From positions 11,407,675 through 11,471,674 of the forward strand of contig OZ316899.1 in assembly GCA_973895155.1 (NCBI GenBank): 64,000 nt of DNA, written 5' to 3'. A model generated the notes under the pieces. The model saw only the letters and a program-made list of their open reading frames with translations, was not told the origin of the DNA and ran no database searches. Shown here one piece after another: positions 12,825 through 26,754 of the stretch. The translations under genes and the position numbers were made by a program. The number at the start of each line of letters is the position of its first letter. Within the stretch, counting starts at the first letter, position 1. This DNA comes from Marsupella aquatica (taxonomy: Eukaryota > Plantae > Marchantiophyta).

Positions 12825-13697
12825 GTCCGATTGTTTCTGCTTCGGAACGTCCGTAGCGTATAGTATTGAATGTCAAATCAGACCTTCCGATGCGTGTTGC
12901 ATCGGACCCCTCCTCCGGCTTGTTATTCCTTGCTTTTATGAAGTGTGATACGTTGGAAACGGTATCGGACCCCTCGTGTAATGTTATCGGATAGGGGGTT
13001 AAGTAGGGCTTATGTAGGGGTCATGTAGGTGTATGTGGGAAGGACCGGTTGTATTAACATTTAATCGTCATGTATGTTTGAATCAGGTTTTATAGGGCCA
13101 TACATGTAGACACATACCGCAGGGGGTTGGCAACGGTGTCATGGATGTGATATATCGACCTTCTTGCAATTTTGGGGTTTGTACCTGAATCCATATTTTT
13201 TTGTGATATACTTTGGTTATCCATGTTCAATTTGCTAATATTTGTCTTTGGGTTTGATGTGCAGTACCTTGGTTTTGAAGGGGTGGTTAGGTTTTTGTAG
13301 GGTGTTAGCTAGGTAGGTTATTTTGCAATGCACTATGCATAGTGTGAGACCGCGCATCCAAAAGGTATGATGCCCCATCCATTTATTCCTTGATCCTTTA
13401 GGCTATTTCAGGTTTGGCATGCAAGTTTTTATCATATGTGCTTGAGCTTGTTTTCGGCAATTGTAGATCATGCATGCTCATTATGAAAATGTCCACCTTG
13501 CAGAGATTTTGGATATCCCCACACTTTGTGTGTAGAGAATACGGCCTAGTAGGCACGGCAGAGCGCGGGTATCATTGAGGTATAACAAGTGTTGTATATA
13601 TGTCTCTCATTCAATTGTTTTTCTAGACATAAATATTTGTCTTGCTGGTTTTTTTCTTCATCCAACATATTGTCATGGTTGTATGATATATATGCAG

Positions 13698-15001
13698 ATG
13701 TCTGCTTCCGATAGTTCCACATCGGATTCAGACTCAGACACGAGCTTGTCTGAGGAGGAGGTTCCTCCACCCCCTCCTCCAGACCAACCTCGTGCTCAGC
13801 CACTAGGGTCCATACCTTGTTGGTGTGTGAGATGTAAGGGACTTGTGGTTCGACATGCCTGGGAGACTTGTGAGCACATCAAAAACTATGGTCGCCACGA
13901 GGGTGATACACCAGGGTATTTGCCTAGCCAGGTAATAAATACGTCCCTCCTTCATTCCATGAAATTCCAATAATTAGTCCACAAATGCTAAATTACTTTA
14001 CATCTAAACAACAATTCATGTATTGATTTGTGTCAAATCATTGTTTGTTGAAATAGGTGCCTCGTAGACCCCCACCTCCTCTGGTTGATAATGCTATGTG
14101 GTTGGAAGGGTTTCTAGCAAGGGCTAGTGAGTTGCTTGCATCTACCCTTGCCCATCCACCTCTTAGTCCCCCTGCTCCTATCCCCACACATGCGCATGTA
14201 GACGAGGATGCACCGGTCTCTCGACCCAAGGAAATGGATACTAGGGTCCTACGTACACGTTCACGGTCTCGCAGACGTAGACGACAATATGAACCGGTGG
14301 AGCAGGTAGAGAATCGGGAGGAGGCGTTACGTAGTGATCGACTAGCCGGAAATGGAGATTATATTTGTGTTGAGGGCCGGTTTGGACTATCTTATCTCAC
14401 TGGTAGGGCTGCTGATGTTTGGAAGGACTTTTCTCCTAGTCTCTTCAAATTTCCAGATTTCATTCATACTGATGAACCAGTTGACATATGGGGTCGGCCT
14501 TGGATAGTGAAGGCATCCTCTATTGGTGCTGATATAGGATATGGTCTATATGCTTTGGAGGACATTGTGGTCCCTCCAAAGCCATGGAGACGTGGATATG
14601 ACGGAGAGCACCTTTTCCCTTACATTGGGGCTGTATATAATGCAAAGAGTTGGAAGACTTTGTTGCGTCAACACCCAAGCTGGGGGGTGTACGCCTTGAG
14701 GATGGACTCAGACCCAGATGAGGTTTTGACTAGGCCGTGGCATTGTAGGATGATTGATGGTGACCCTATTCGGAATGGTAATTTAGCAGGGTACATCAAT
14801 AGTACAACGGGTAGAGGTAGAGATTTTGAGGCTAATGTAGAGTGGATCCAAATTTTTGGCCCTCCTAGAGATCCGTATTTTGTGAAACATATGGATGACC
14901 ATATCATGACAGTAGCCATTAGGACTATTAGAGCCGGTGAGGAGATATTGTGTGAGTATGAGTGGGACGCCCCAAAATTGTCCCTACGTTGCCGTCCATG
15001 A
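13698..15001 (+). CDS. SET-domain protein (two exons: 13698-13931 and 14057-15001) carried by the CACTA element
   Basis: SET motifs IGYGLYALEDI, PYIGAV, IDG...GNLAGYINS and AIRTIRAGEEILCEY. Exon 1 has CWCVRC...HIKNYG, resembling the transposase-associated domain. The phase-0 intron runs GTAATA..AATAG. Confidence 0.8.
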
Positions 15002-16145
15002 TAGTATGTTGAACTTACATGCATGTAAATCTTACATTGAATTAATGAGATTCATGATGATTTATATATATATATATATTGATGATTGTAATGAGATTAA
15101 TGTTAATGAGATTGCATTGATGTTGTATGATAGAATCAATATGTACAATCTGATATTGGGGTCATATTACGAGCTATGCGACAACACATTGTTGAGGCCA
15201 TGGTGGCCAACCATGGGCATGATGGAGGGATGCAGGAGGATGATGTACAACATGAGGGTGATAATCCTACTCAAGCACATCTGGATGAGGAGAGGGCCAT
15301 GGATGAGCTCATGGACAAATTTTATGATGATGATGTTGATATTGGTATGGAGGATATGGGTACAACTAATGACAACACCACTCATCCAGGACCTTCTAGG
15401 GGGGGACAGAACAAGGATTGGGAGGAGGCTCAACGTCATGCTTGTACTCGCATATTTGAGGGTAGCACCTTATCTCGGCTCTCCGCAATAATGTTGTTGC
15501 TGAATGTGCAGCAAAGACATGGGGCCAGCAACCTACTTTTGGATGATGTTTTTCGTACCTTGCATGATCATATTTTGCCACCAGGCAATACCATGCCAAC
15601 CTCTTGGAAGGAGGCAAAACAAGTGTTGAAGTCCATTGGTCTCAAGTATGTAGTGATACATGCATGTGTGAATGATTGCATTCTTTTTAGGGGGGAGCAT
15701 GAGAATGCAACTGCATGTCCTAAGTGTGAGAAGCCACGCTACCGTGATGACATGTTGATAGGGAAGGTGCCTCCAAAGGTTATGCGATACTTTCCTCTCA
15801 TCCCCCGATTGCGACATCAGTACCGTTGTGCAGAGTTAGCTGAGTACATGGTATGGCACTCAAAGAATCATTCTGATATGGCTACGAACTCTAGTGCCAT
15901 GCGGATGATGGTTGACTCTCCTGCCAATCGATTTGTTGAGGGCAGATGGGGGGAGTTCACCACTGAACCACGACATGTTCGACTTGGCTTGGCAGCTGAT
16001 GGTATCAGCCCTTTTGCATTGGTGGGTAAAGCAAAACCATATTCAGTATGGCCAGTAGTTTTGACTAACTACAATATCCCTCCATGGATGGCCATGAAGA
16101 AAGGTCATTTACTGCTCTCCATGATCATCCCAGGTCCTAAGCAAG

Positions 16146-19100
16146 TGTGGCACGGTTCCCAAGTCCTCTAACACCGAGAACTACCCTCAACCGATCATAA
16201 ACCACTTGGTTATGTCGGTCCTCTTTCCTTACGGCAGCTATTTAGCTTGGAAACGCGATACTCTCCTTGGGTCCACACTTACCGGACCGATTCTTTCACT
16301 GGGCTTGTGAATTGTGCACAACTGAGACACCTAATTCCTCTTTAACTTCTTCAGGTATATTTGTATTCTGCCCCCGGAATGTACCTCTACGGCTTAATTT
16401 CTTAAGCCGGCTGAAGGTCTTTTTCAGACTGACTCAACCCACACTTCACCGACTAACACTCTCAATCCTCACTGTTCTCTCAGAGTTTGATTTGGGCAGT
16501 CTCCAATCAAGGCAATGCGATTGTATTTTGCTCAACAGTTCACCCTATCTGACTTTAATCGATCAAGCAACAGATATCATAACACTCAACTTCTTGGATG
16601 GCAAGAATCTGCGAACTATGCAACGAAGCCAACTCAATTCAAACAATTGCTCAGAAATCCAAGGGAACTGGTGGTTTACTGATACCCTGCGGTCTAGATT
16701 TAGCCGAGAGCTTCCTGTGTTTACAACAATACAGATTAACACTAAAGCCTTGACTAAGAAAAAGCCCCTGAAACCATGCTGCCCAGGTTTTTATCCTTGC
16801 AGCGATTTCAAAAACAACAACAGAGATCCTAACCACCACACATGGCCTTCCACCGCGATAATCCAAAAAAAAACTATCACCTAAAAACTTGAATAGCCCG
16901 GAACCCTGTGTGAACCGAGCATCTACTACTATCTAAGCCGACAAGGCGCTACTTGCCCTATCCCATCCTACAACGGCCGCGCCCTTCTGGCCCAAGCCCT
17001 TCTCCTTCCGCCACGTCCTCCTTCCAACCGATGACTGGCCCTCCTTAATTGTCAGATGACCGGGGGTAAGTCTGAATCTTCCGACTCTGCACCTTCTCCT
17101 GCCATCGGCCCCGGCCCGACCCCTTCGGCTTCTGTTTTGCCGGCCCCGGCATCGGTCTCGGCATCGGCATCTGCATCTGCATCCGCATCCTCCTGGGAAA
17201 CGGCTTGGAGAGCCTTTGCCTTAACTTCCTCAATCCAAGCCTTTTCCCTGATGCGCTCGGTCTCGATAACCCACGGTTTCATGTTCTGTGTGTCCATAGA
17301 AGCAGTACCATCGTCTAAACCTGTTACCACAGCTCCAAGTTGATCCGCAGTACTTACCTCTACCACCGCTGCCTTCAGGGCCACAGTACCACAAATGTGA
17401 GCAGCCATGCTCTCGACTTCCTCTGGAGTGGCTTTAAGGGTTTTAACTTTATTATCGCCTGGCCCCATGAACGTCTTTGCTAAGTCTGCCACCAACTGCA
17501 TGGCTTTGCCCCCAGTCACACTTGACAACAGAGAGCTTGGCTTCGGCTTCGGCTTCACTATATTTCCGCCTACCATACTACTGTCGGGAAGCCTTTCAGT
17601 TGGTGACCCATATCCCGCTTCGGCATACTTCTTCAATTTCTGCGTTTGATTGTCGGCACGCCTCTGCAGCCCGATCATCTTATCCTTGGCATCCTCCAAT
17701 TCTTGAGATACGTCTTCAACTTCATCGTTAAACCGTAGTATCTCGGCCTTGGCCGTCTTCAACTCCTCATTTAAGATCTGCACGATCTCCAACTCTTGCT
17801 TAGCTACGGTTGCTTTCAAGGAGTCGTTGATACCTTCCAGTTTTGTGACCTCGTTCGTCCATGCCTGCTTTGTCCTGGTTAGCTCCTCCTGAAGCTCCTT
17901 GCGTATCTGTTGAACCCGGTTTAGGTGATCATTGGCCGCCGTGCACATGGCGTCATCATGCTTTTCACGCATGGTCTCCAACCGGTCGAGTAACTTATCA
18001 TACTTCCTTTGGGCTTCTACCAAGGCCTTTTCGCTCTGGGTGGCCTGCTCCTTAGCCGTCTTTCTGAGCCTCTCAACTTGGCGATTTAAACCCTGTACCT
18101 CTACTTTTGAATCGGCTAACTCCAGCTCTATCTTTGTCAACTTTTCCTTGATCTGCTGGTTATCCAATTGGTAGTTTTCAATTGGTTGTTTGCCACATCC
18201 AATTCCTGCTGCCTAGCCAAGAGATCCTACTGAGTTGGTTGAGAAGACTTCATCTTAGCAACTTTGGCCTCCATGGAGCAAAGCCGAGCAATTACTTCCT
18301 CCTTCAATCGCTCCAATGTCATTGCCTCCTCCAGTCTCGTCTGATCAGCCATTTCTTTTCTAAGAAATGGCCCGGATTCCAACTCGTTGCCGAAGATTTC
18401 TAAGGCTAAGAGTCCACACATGTCTCCATACTCCTTAGCCTGATTTCTTGCATAGTTTGACCTCCCAGGTGATACTGGCATCTGCCATCGAGGTCGTCTC
18501 TCCCAAGCTTCAGCCCGTAATTGGTCAAAGTTAGTGAGAGGTTCGGCTTGCCTCTCACTAAGCCGTCTTATTCCTTCTGGCCACTCACCTCCTGGTAGCT
18601 GGCATCCGTGTTCTGCATTCCGGGCCCCCCACTCCTTAATCTTCTCATGTAGCCCGGCTTCAGCTTCCTTCATCTTGTCGAATTCCAATGGCGTCACATC
18701 TGGTGGAGGAGATTCTGGCATTTTCTGGTCCTCCGGTTTGCCATAGAAGACCGCGGGAAGTCTTCTACAAAACCTTCCCATCGTTCTAACTCCTGGGACC
18801 GGCCTCTCCCCATGATTGACATAGTCGTCGTCATAATCATCCACATTGACCTGACTACCTAACATGCCGGCCTCTCCTCCAAAGCCCCCAATCTCCTCTT
18901 CTGAAAATTGTTGGGCTGCAACTGGTTGACCTTCCACCACAGATTCGTTCACTTGGGCTCTGTTAGAAGCTTTTACAACCGGCCTCTCCTAGCCTTGGCT
19001 TACCTCCTCGTCTATCTTCGAATCCATTCGCTCGTCATATTTCTTTCTCTCTTCGGCAGTCATCTTCCTCTCGACCAACTGGATGCCTGCATATGGATTA

Positions 19101-20760
19101 TTGCGAGTAGGCCGGCGTAACGGATTTCTCACTACATCATATGTTACTACCTCTGGCTCCTTGATAGGGGAATGCTCCCGTTCTCGTGTTGCCTGTGTTG
19201 CCGACCTCCTCCCGTGGCGTCGTATGTTTAGAGGCTCCTCGTCCTCCTCCACTTCCTCAAGTGGTGCAATGATCTGCATCCGCTCCTATATAGGCAACAC
19301 TGGTGCAAAAGACTGGCTTCTTGCATAACGGCAAAGCAATTGCAGATGGTACCCTAGTCTGGATACCGCTCCCTCCCCAATGCTCTGCTTCTCTTCGTTT
19401 AATGCCTTCTTTAACTACATTAAGAGATAGCCGTTGTAGTCTCGGCTTGCATCGATATTCTCTACCAAAAATACCTGGGCTTTGCCGATTTCTGCTCTCA
19501 ACAAGGTACAATGCAATGTGACTCTCAAGAAATCAATCAGCTGCCCTATATGTGGGTTGGTACATTGATTCCTAAAAAACCCATTCTTAGTGGAAGGCCC
19601 TGGAAATGACCTGAACTGGTCGTCCGGCAACGTCTTCCTCTGCTCCACCTTTGTTTTCCTTCCTGTTGGTAAAGCGAACACGGCTTCGATAAGCGCAGGA
19701 GTTAATTCGAACACCTTTCCATACAGCAGCGTTGTGTTGGAAGAAGCCTCCCAGCATCCCACAAAGTCCAACAGATCCTCATCCGGTATGTCTACCATTC
19801 TCCAGGGCAACCTGATAAAGCCCTCCAACCCAGTGTCATTCATATATCCTGCATATTTGTTATCCTGAATGGCACTGAAGACCTCATCCTCATCTCTTGC
19901 GAACTGTAATTGTAAATCGGCAGGTAACCTGTTCGCCCACCCTGTCATGTTTTTATCTTCTATAGCCCGATCTCTAATTGGCCTGGATTCCATCTTGATT
20001 GGTCTCTCTGACCTAGTTCGCTTTGCTGGAGTTGTAGATGCCGAACCTCCCTTGCGCTTCATCTCTTCAGTGCTTGAATACTCCCCAAGAATAGCTGCCT
20101 TCGTCCACTTTGCAGTGTGACCCTTCAATTCCCAAAGTGGTTGCCCGGCGTTCTTGATTGCCTCCTTGATCCCCACGACCTTATTCTCCCAAATTAGCAA
20201 TTTGTCAAGCTTCGCACTGGTGGGTGTCTAGGAGAACTTTTCCAATACCTCCTCCGTATCTACGAATGCCAATTTGTGAATTCCCCACAATCGCGCAAGC
20301 TCTGCTCGTTCTCTGGCTGCGCGCTCTGGCTCAACGTCTTCATACGTAGGTATCAGCTGCCTTGCTTCTTCAAGCAAACAACCCCAAAACTTCCCTGCCT
20401 GATTCACCGTGTTCATTCCACCGAATGCCAAGAACCTGCGCAATTTCTCAAACCACCTCCCCCGTTCGATCGGCAGCTGATTCGCTAGGTTGATCGAACA
20501 AGCAATTGCACTAGTGTACAAAGTGTCGGTCCCCTCCTTACGAAGCCGCCTCCTGATGGCTTGCGTGATCAAGCCCTGATTAGGTCATAACCCTAATCCC
20601 ACTTAATCGCGACCGTTGGATCAGATCCCATCACAATTTCCCCCGAACATATTGAAATCGACTTTGATCTTTATAACTCCCTAATTACATCAACCTAATC
20701 TTTATTTAGCCATTATTTTAGGCTTAACTAAGTACTTCGTGATCCTGGCACGGCATCACA
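16146..20760 (-). mobile_element. Solo LTR (4615 bp), diverged member of family B
   Basis: TG..CA ends; perfect 5-bp TSD GCAAG at 16141-16145 and 20761-20765; minus-strand start TGTGATGCCGTGCCAGGATCAC. Confidence 0.9.
17052..20572 (-). pseudogene. LTR-encoded PMD-like plus coiled-coil protein, stop-interrupted
   Basis: Collinear ORF pieces homologous to 41366-45010; motif LLDFVGCWEASSNTTLLYGKVFELTPALIEAVFALPTG. Confidence 0.75.
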
Positions 20761-23207
20761 GCAAGTAAAAAAGATTGACATCTACTTGCAACCATTGATT
20801 GATGAGCTTTTGCAACTGTGGAGAGGAGTGGATTGTTATGATGGACGTCGCAATACAAGAGGTGTACCTCGCGCATTTACCCTCAAGGCCATCCTTATGT
20901 GGACCATGCATGACCTACCAGGTATGACCTGATAAACCTTAGCTTATTTCCTTGATGCACTACCTTAAACTTAGTGTGCATTAACCTTATTTCATAATTG
21001 GCTGGTTGTATATGGGCTTGGTACAGGGTTTGGCTATATCTCTGGATTGCAAACATCAGGCTATCAAGCTTGCCCTTCATGCGGACCGGATTTGGAGGGA
21101 GTGGCAAGACGCAAGTCAAGTACTTTGCGTAAGATAGTTTACATTGGTCATACCAAATATCTTCCAGCAGACCATCCTTGGAGGAGTGATCATTTCTTGT
21201 ATGACACTGATGAGGGCCAACCTGATACTCGTCCTCAACCTCAGCGAAAGGATCCAACATATTGGAGAGAGGTATGGGAGAGAGTTCAAGACCCTGATGA
21301 TCCATTACAGTTTCTCCGATGTGGCATGACCCGTTTATCTACATTGTCACAGTTGCCATATTGGTCAAAGATGCCCATTAATCACTTGTTGGATGCGATG
21401 CACATTGAGGGAAATGTGGGGAGATCATTGATCCGTCATCTATATGTGGAGAAGAACCACAACTGGAGAGAAAGTTCTGAGGAGATGGGGATGCATGGTC
21501 TTTTGGGTTTTTGGCCATCTTTGGACCCCCCTGGTGATCCCCCTAGCATCCATCCTCCTTGGGTTTTGACCAGGGCAGAGCGCATAGAGTTTCGCAGATG
21601 GATTGGGTCAATGAGGTTTCCCACAGGTTATGGTGCCAATCTTCGTAAGGCATTTTGGGGGGATGATTCTCCAAAATGGCCATCGTACTTGAAAACACAT
21701 GATTATCATTGGTTACCAGAACATGTCATTCCAGTTGCGATTATTGGATTGGGTAGTGAGGAACTTCGTGATGCTCTTTGGTCATTGGGCAAGTTTTTGA
21801 GATGGGTATGTCAGAAGGAGGTACCAGAGGATGACATTGCTGCGATGGAGATATTTGGAGTAGAGGTTGTTTGCAAGTTGGAGAAGGCACTTCCACCCTC
21901 ATTCTTTGATGGTCAGGTTCATTTCCTCATACATTTAGTGCGTGAGGTAGCAATTGCAGGCCCGGTACATTGTCGATGGATGTATTGGGTAGAGCGTTAC
22001 ATGGGGGTGATGAAGTCATATGTCTCTAATCAGGCTAGGGTGGAAGGTAGCATTGCAGAGCGTCATCTTGGAGCAGAGAGTATGTTTTATTGTACAAACA
22101 TAGTTGCCACACTAGATCCAAGGGCACCTAGGGGATGGATAGATGAGGCAGCACGAGAGGCAGACTATGAGGATGATAGACTCACTGGGGCATCAGGAGA
22201 GCGTGGCTTAGGCTCAGCAGAGCGTTTGCAACTTACAACATTTATGTTGTATAACTCACCAGAGGTTTAGGGGAGTGGACAACATTTTATGAGGAGGAGA
22301 AGCAAAATAGTCGACGGCCACGGTTGTTTCCCAAGTTTCACCCATACATGAAATCAAAGTTGTTAGAAGTGGATGCCTTGGTGGGTACCGGAGACAGTAT
22401 ATTACATTACCCACAAGTGACTGATAAGCTTTGTACCTTGGTTCATGGTCCACTGCTTAAAGTCACGACTCGGACGGCAATGTGGTCAAAGGGGAGACAT
22501 TTCCGTGTGGAACGACTTGATGAGAAGAGAGCAGCTACACAAGATTGTGGGGTGATGGGTTGGTTCACCCAGGATTCCCAGAGTAGCACGTCGGACATGA
22601 ACCCCATTCGCTCCACCGTGGCCCATTATGGGAAGATTGATGAGATCCTGACAGTGAAGTACCATGCACATACTACTTTGGAGGAGGTGGTATTTAAGTG
22701 CAAATGGTTCAAGATGAATCTTGTAGGCAACAATTGAACATGTGAAGATGATGCGTGCGGATTTACCCGTTTGAAGACATCTGCAAATAGTGTCATTAGT
22801 TCCAATTGGAGGTCCTCAGATCCCTTTGCCTTCCCACATCACCTTGAGCAGTGCTTTTACCTACCCTATCCAGATGACCCACATTGGTCCATTGTCATGC
22901 CTTATATCCCTAGATCACGGTCTATAGTCCAAGAGAGACCCAATGTCGTTGTAGTGGAAGACAACGACATCCCCGACCCTCCACAAGCTAGTTAGTATAT
23001 TTTGTATGTAGCTAGGCCCCCCCCAACCACACCACCTTCATGTTTTTTTTAATCGGCAATATAAAAGTTGGCATCATTACTTCTTTAATTGTCATGGTAT
23101 GCACATGCCCAAAATCTCTTGGTTATATATAGAAGTGTCCTTACCTTATATACCCTTCCTAAGAATCCCCCCGCCTTATGTCCCATTGACTGTCCCATGA
23201 AAAAGCC

Positions 23208-23720
23208 ATCGGATTTCCATCGCACCTTCTAAAAACAGAAACCAGACCGATACTCCCAACTACGGACTATTCCATATAAAACTCATCGAACACACATTTC
23301 CGATCCTCTCCACAACGAACACCTTCTCCTCCTTTGTTGACGAGATATCCGATCCAACATCCGACGGACAATATCCGACATCATTTTTTATGCACAAATT
23401 ATCCGACCCTAAACCCAACGGACACAAATATCCGATGCATTCCGTGACGGTCCTAGTCCGATACAACTACCAACGCAAACATCTTGCGATGCATTAAGGT
23501 TCGGACCAATTATGCGGTCATGGCGACATAGTTTCCGATATGTTTAGTGTCGGCTATTGTCTGATAGTAGTACGATGGGACAGTGTATGCGATGGGTTTT
23601 ACATCAGAATATGTAGGTCCGATGGTATCAGGATCAGAAAATACGTTGCAGGGCATATCGGATATTGTCCAAAGTGTTTGGCATGGGATGAGTGACGTTT
23701 GGCTCAAAAGGAGTATCGGA
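23208..23720. repeat. CACTA right subterminal repeats (TCCGAT/ATCGGA)
   Basis: Dense atccga, tccgat and atcgga copies ahead of the right TIR. Confidence 0.8.
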
Positions 23721-26700
23721 AAACCGCCAAAAATGTACTAGTGTCTATTCCTGAACCTCCTCTAGTGCCCTTGCCTACAGGGGAAGTACCGGGGCAAACA
23801 TCTAACTTTGGGCATACCGGCACAACAGCGGCATGTGATAGCCAAGCCAGGACACGCTTCCCATGCCGATCACCTGTTGTTCCTCCTTCAAGATCTTGTT
23901 AAGTTGGGTGAGGAGGTACCCGTTGTAGTCCCGGCTTGGGTCTGGCCTCTCTGCCAGGTAGACCTGTGCCTTGCCAATCTTTGGCCTTGGCAAGTTGCAA
24001 TGCATGGTTACCCGCAAAAAATTGATCACCTCTCCGATGTGCGGGTTGGTGCAGGTGTTCGAAAGAAGCCATTCTTTGTTGATGACCCTGGGAACGACCG
24101 AAACTCCTTGTCTAGCAAGGTCTTCCTGGTATCTACTTTGGTCTTATTGCCCATTGGCAAGCCAAACGCTTTGGCAATCACCCGGGGAGTGAGATAGAAT
24201 CCTTCCCATACACCCTTGTGGAATTGGTCTCGGGCTCCCATGATCCCACAAATTCTAATAAGTCTGAATCTGGCACCTCCGGCTTCAGCCATGGTAATTT
24301 CACGAAGCCTTCCAAGCCAGATCCGACCATGAAGCCCTAGTACTTCCAAGTCTGCATAGCCGTAAAGCATGCATCCTCTTCACGTGCAAAGTGTAATTGC
24401 ACTTCCTCGGGGAGGGTTGCCGCCCAGCCTTTCTAGGTGTCATCCCTTGTTGGAACGACATTGATGGGGTCAACCTCCTCTTCTTTGGCTTCTTCCTGCC
24501 TCCTGCTCCCTTGCTGGGCTGGCTTCCTTGGTGCCGCTGACCTCGTTCTCTTTGCAGGGGTGGTCTCTTCATGTTGTTCGCTTTCCTCTTCATAGCTGCT
24601 GCCGTGGATGTTTTTTTGAGGACGGTTGCCTTTGTCCACCCCTCCGTGCTACCCTTCAACTCCCAGTGTATGTTGTTGCAGTTGTTGATGGCTTCCTGGA
24701 TGCCGACTATTCTGTTCTCGCAAAGCTAAAGGTCGTCTAGCTCGTCGCCAGTAGGTGTCCATAGGAATTCAGCCGTGATGAGTTCTCCTCCTAAGAAGGC
24801 AGACTTCTGCAGCTCCCATAGTCGAGCGAGCTCCTGCCGTTCTTGAGCTGCTCTTTCTGATTCTTTGTCCTCGTAGGTCCCAATGTACTTACTTGCCCGT
24901 TCTAACAGGCATCCCCAAAAATGAGCAGCTTGATTGACGTTGCTCATACCCTTCTTGAGTTGATAGTCGGTATCTGCTCCCACCCCAAGTGCTTGCCTAA
25001 GTAGCTGATAGTAGTTGGCCTCCCGTAGTTGTCTACTTAGTTTGTGCTTGCAAATGAGCCATCATTCTTTGCGACCGGTCCTTACCCCCCCCCTTGCCCG
25101 GTCCTCCTTCCCGTTGGTTACCCATAGCCGCCAACACTTAGCGCACCCTAACCCTAATTGTGTTCCCTCCCCCGACGTCCTTACTTCGGCCTCGGCTCAG
25201 GTTCCATAGTCACCCTCAATTGTTTATATTTTCCATGTTTTTGTTACTATACTAATGTGTTTCTAGGGTACACTCCTGATTTTACCATTTAAACTAGCCT
25301 AGTGATTCCTGGCTAGGCATCACAACCGGCGACGGCTAGTGACCGGTGTAAACGGCCCAATGTAATCAATGCCCCATTTTTCAAATGGTGCAAGCGGAAG
25401 TACGGAGGTGAGAGGGTGGTTGTGTGACTTCCTTGGTGCGCCGGCCCTTTGGCACAAATCACACCCCTTAATAAAGCGTTGTACATCCCGGTGTAACGTG
25501 GGCCACCAATATCCCAAATCCAGGATCTTTTGGGCAGTGGTGATGGCCGCAAAATGGGCCCCCGTGTCCTCTTTGTGTAAGACCCGCATCACGATGAGTG
25601 TTTCCTTGTATTTGAGGCAGCGCCGTAGCTTCCCGTTAACTCCTTCCTTATGCAAGTGGCCTTGTATCATCATGTACGGCCCGGCCTTGCGTAAAAACAC
25701 TGTTGCAGCCTCCTGATTAATCCCATTGGGTATCCTCCTTGTCAAGAGAAGTGTAATGAGTGGTCCGTACGAGGTGGGCGTGCCCTGTACTACATGGAAC
25801 AACTCCTCATCCAGGAAGGCATCGTTGATAGGCTGATCGACGGGTATTCCATCCAATCATGAAAAGAAATTTGCGTTGAGGTGTGCCTTTCCTGGCCAAA
25901 CCCAAACTTTGTAATTAAACTCTTGCAAGAGCAAAACCCATCTGGCTACCCGTCTTGTGACATTTGCTTTGTTTACCATGTACTTCAGGCTATCATGATC
26001 CGTATGGAAAATAACTTTGTATCCAAGCAGATAGTGTCGGAATTTGTTACACGAATAGATAATTCCGAGAGCCTCTCGATCCGTAGGTGTGACGCCAATG
26101 ACATGGTCCTTATTCTATAATCTGATTAACTAGGCTGTTGTATGCAAGGAGTAGCTATTGATATTGCATAACAATTAGCAAGTTGGCAAGAATAAGGGCA
26201 ATCATGGTGTTAAGAGTAGGGATAAAGGTATTTCAGCTTGAAGACTGCACAACCAAGGCAGACACAGTTGAGGTAGTCACTGTCAAGGCCACAAAGGAGA
26301 AACCGGGGAAGAGAGGATTCAGGTCTTCAGGCATACCATCTTCTTGACAAGCAAGATGGAGCATGGAGGCTCTTCAAGATGCCGGTACGGAGGTAGGCGT
26401 GGTAATTCAAGGAAGCGAGTCTCCATAGCTGAATATGAAGTTGTGGGGTATGGTGATTGTTCTCAGGATGAAATCTAAATGTCTTGGGTGTGTAGCTTCA
26501 TTTTGTTAGTTAGGTTAGTGGTTCATAGTCTAGTCTTAGAATGTTAGGGAAATAAAAGGCTATATCGCAGGTGGTCGGTGACCATATCTCATTCAATACG
26601 TCACCAAATCCGGATCTGTAAAGAGCATTGGAAAGATCTGGTCAAGACGAGTAAAATCTATATAAAACACTTGGAAAATAGAAGTGTATTAAGAAAGATA

Positions 26701-26754
26701 CGGCCTGATTAGTGTGACAGGTTAACTTGTGGTCGGAATTAGCGGACTCGACTT

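Larger units (their letters stand above)
15176..22995 (+). pseudogene. CACTA Tnp2/TnpD transposase (Transposase_21, DUF4218- and DUF4216-like regions), interrupted by a solo LTR
   Basis: IHACVNDCILF, LGLAADGISPF, YSVWPVVLTNYNIPPW, IIPGPKQV joined across the insertion to KKIDIYLQPL, LDAMHIEGN, GPVHCRWMYWVERYM and VFKCKWF. Frameshift near 22268 and stop at 22735. Confidence 0.92.
9320..23743 (+). mobile_element. Complete CACTA (En/Spm) transposon
   Basis: TIRs: CACTAGTATATTTT on the left, reverse complement CACTAGTACATTTT on the right. 3-bp TSD TCT at 9317-9319 and 23744-23746. Tnp2 transposase and subterminal repeats are present. Confidence 0.95.
8925..25324 (-). mobile_element. Partial Gypsy LTR of family B (pieces ~8925-9319 and 23744-25324), split by the CACTA element
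   Basis: On the minus strand it starts TGTGATGCCTAGCCAGGAATCAC at 25324, the same start as 41251 and 53302. Its translated pieces match the LTR-B ORF on both sides of the CACTA insertion. Confidence 0.85.

Noticed and set aside
16267-16884. 205-aa ORF and the many short antisense or overlapping ORFs in the track
   Set aside because: These are shadow frames of transposon genes or LTR DNA with no domain signal.
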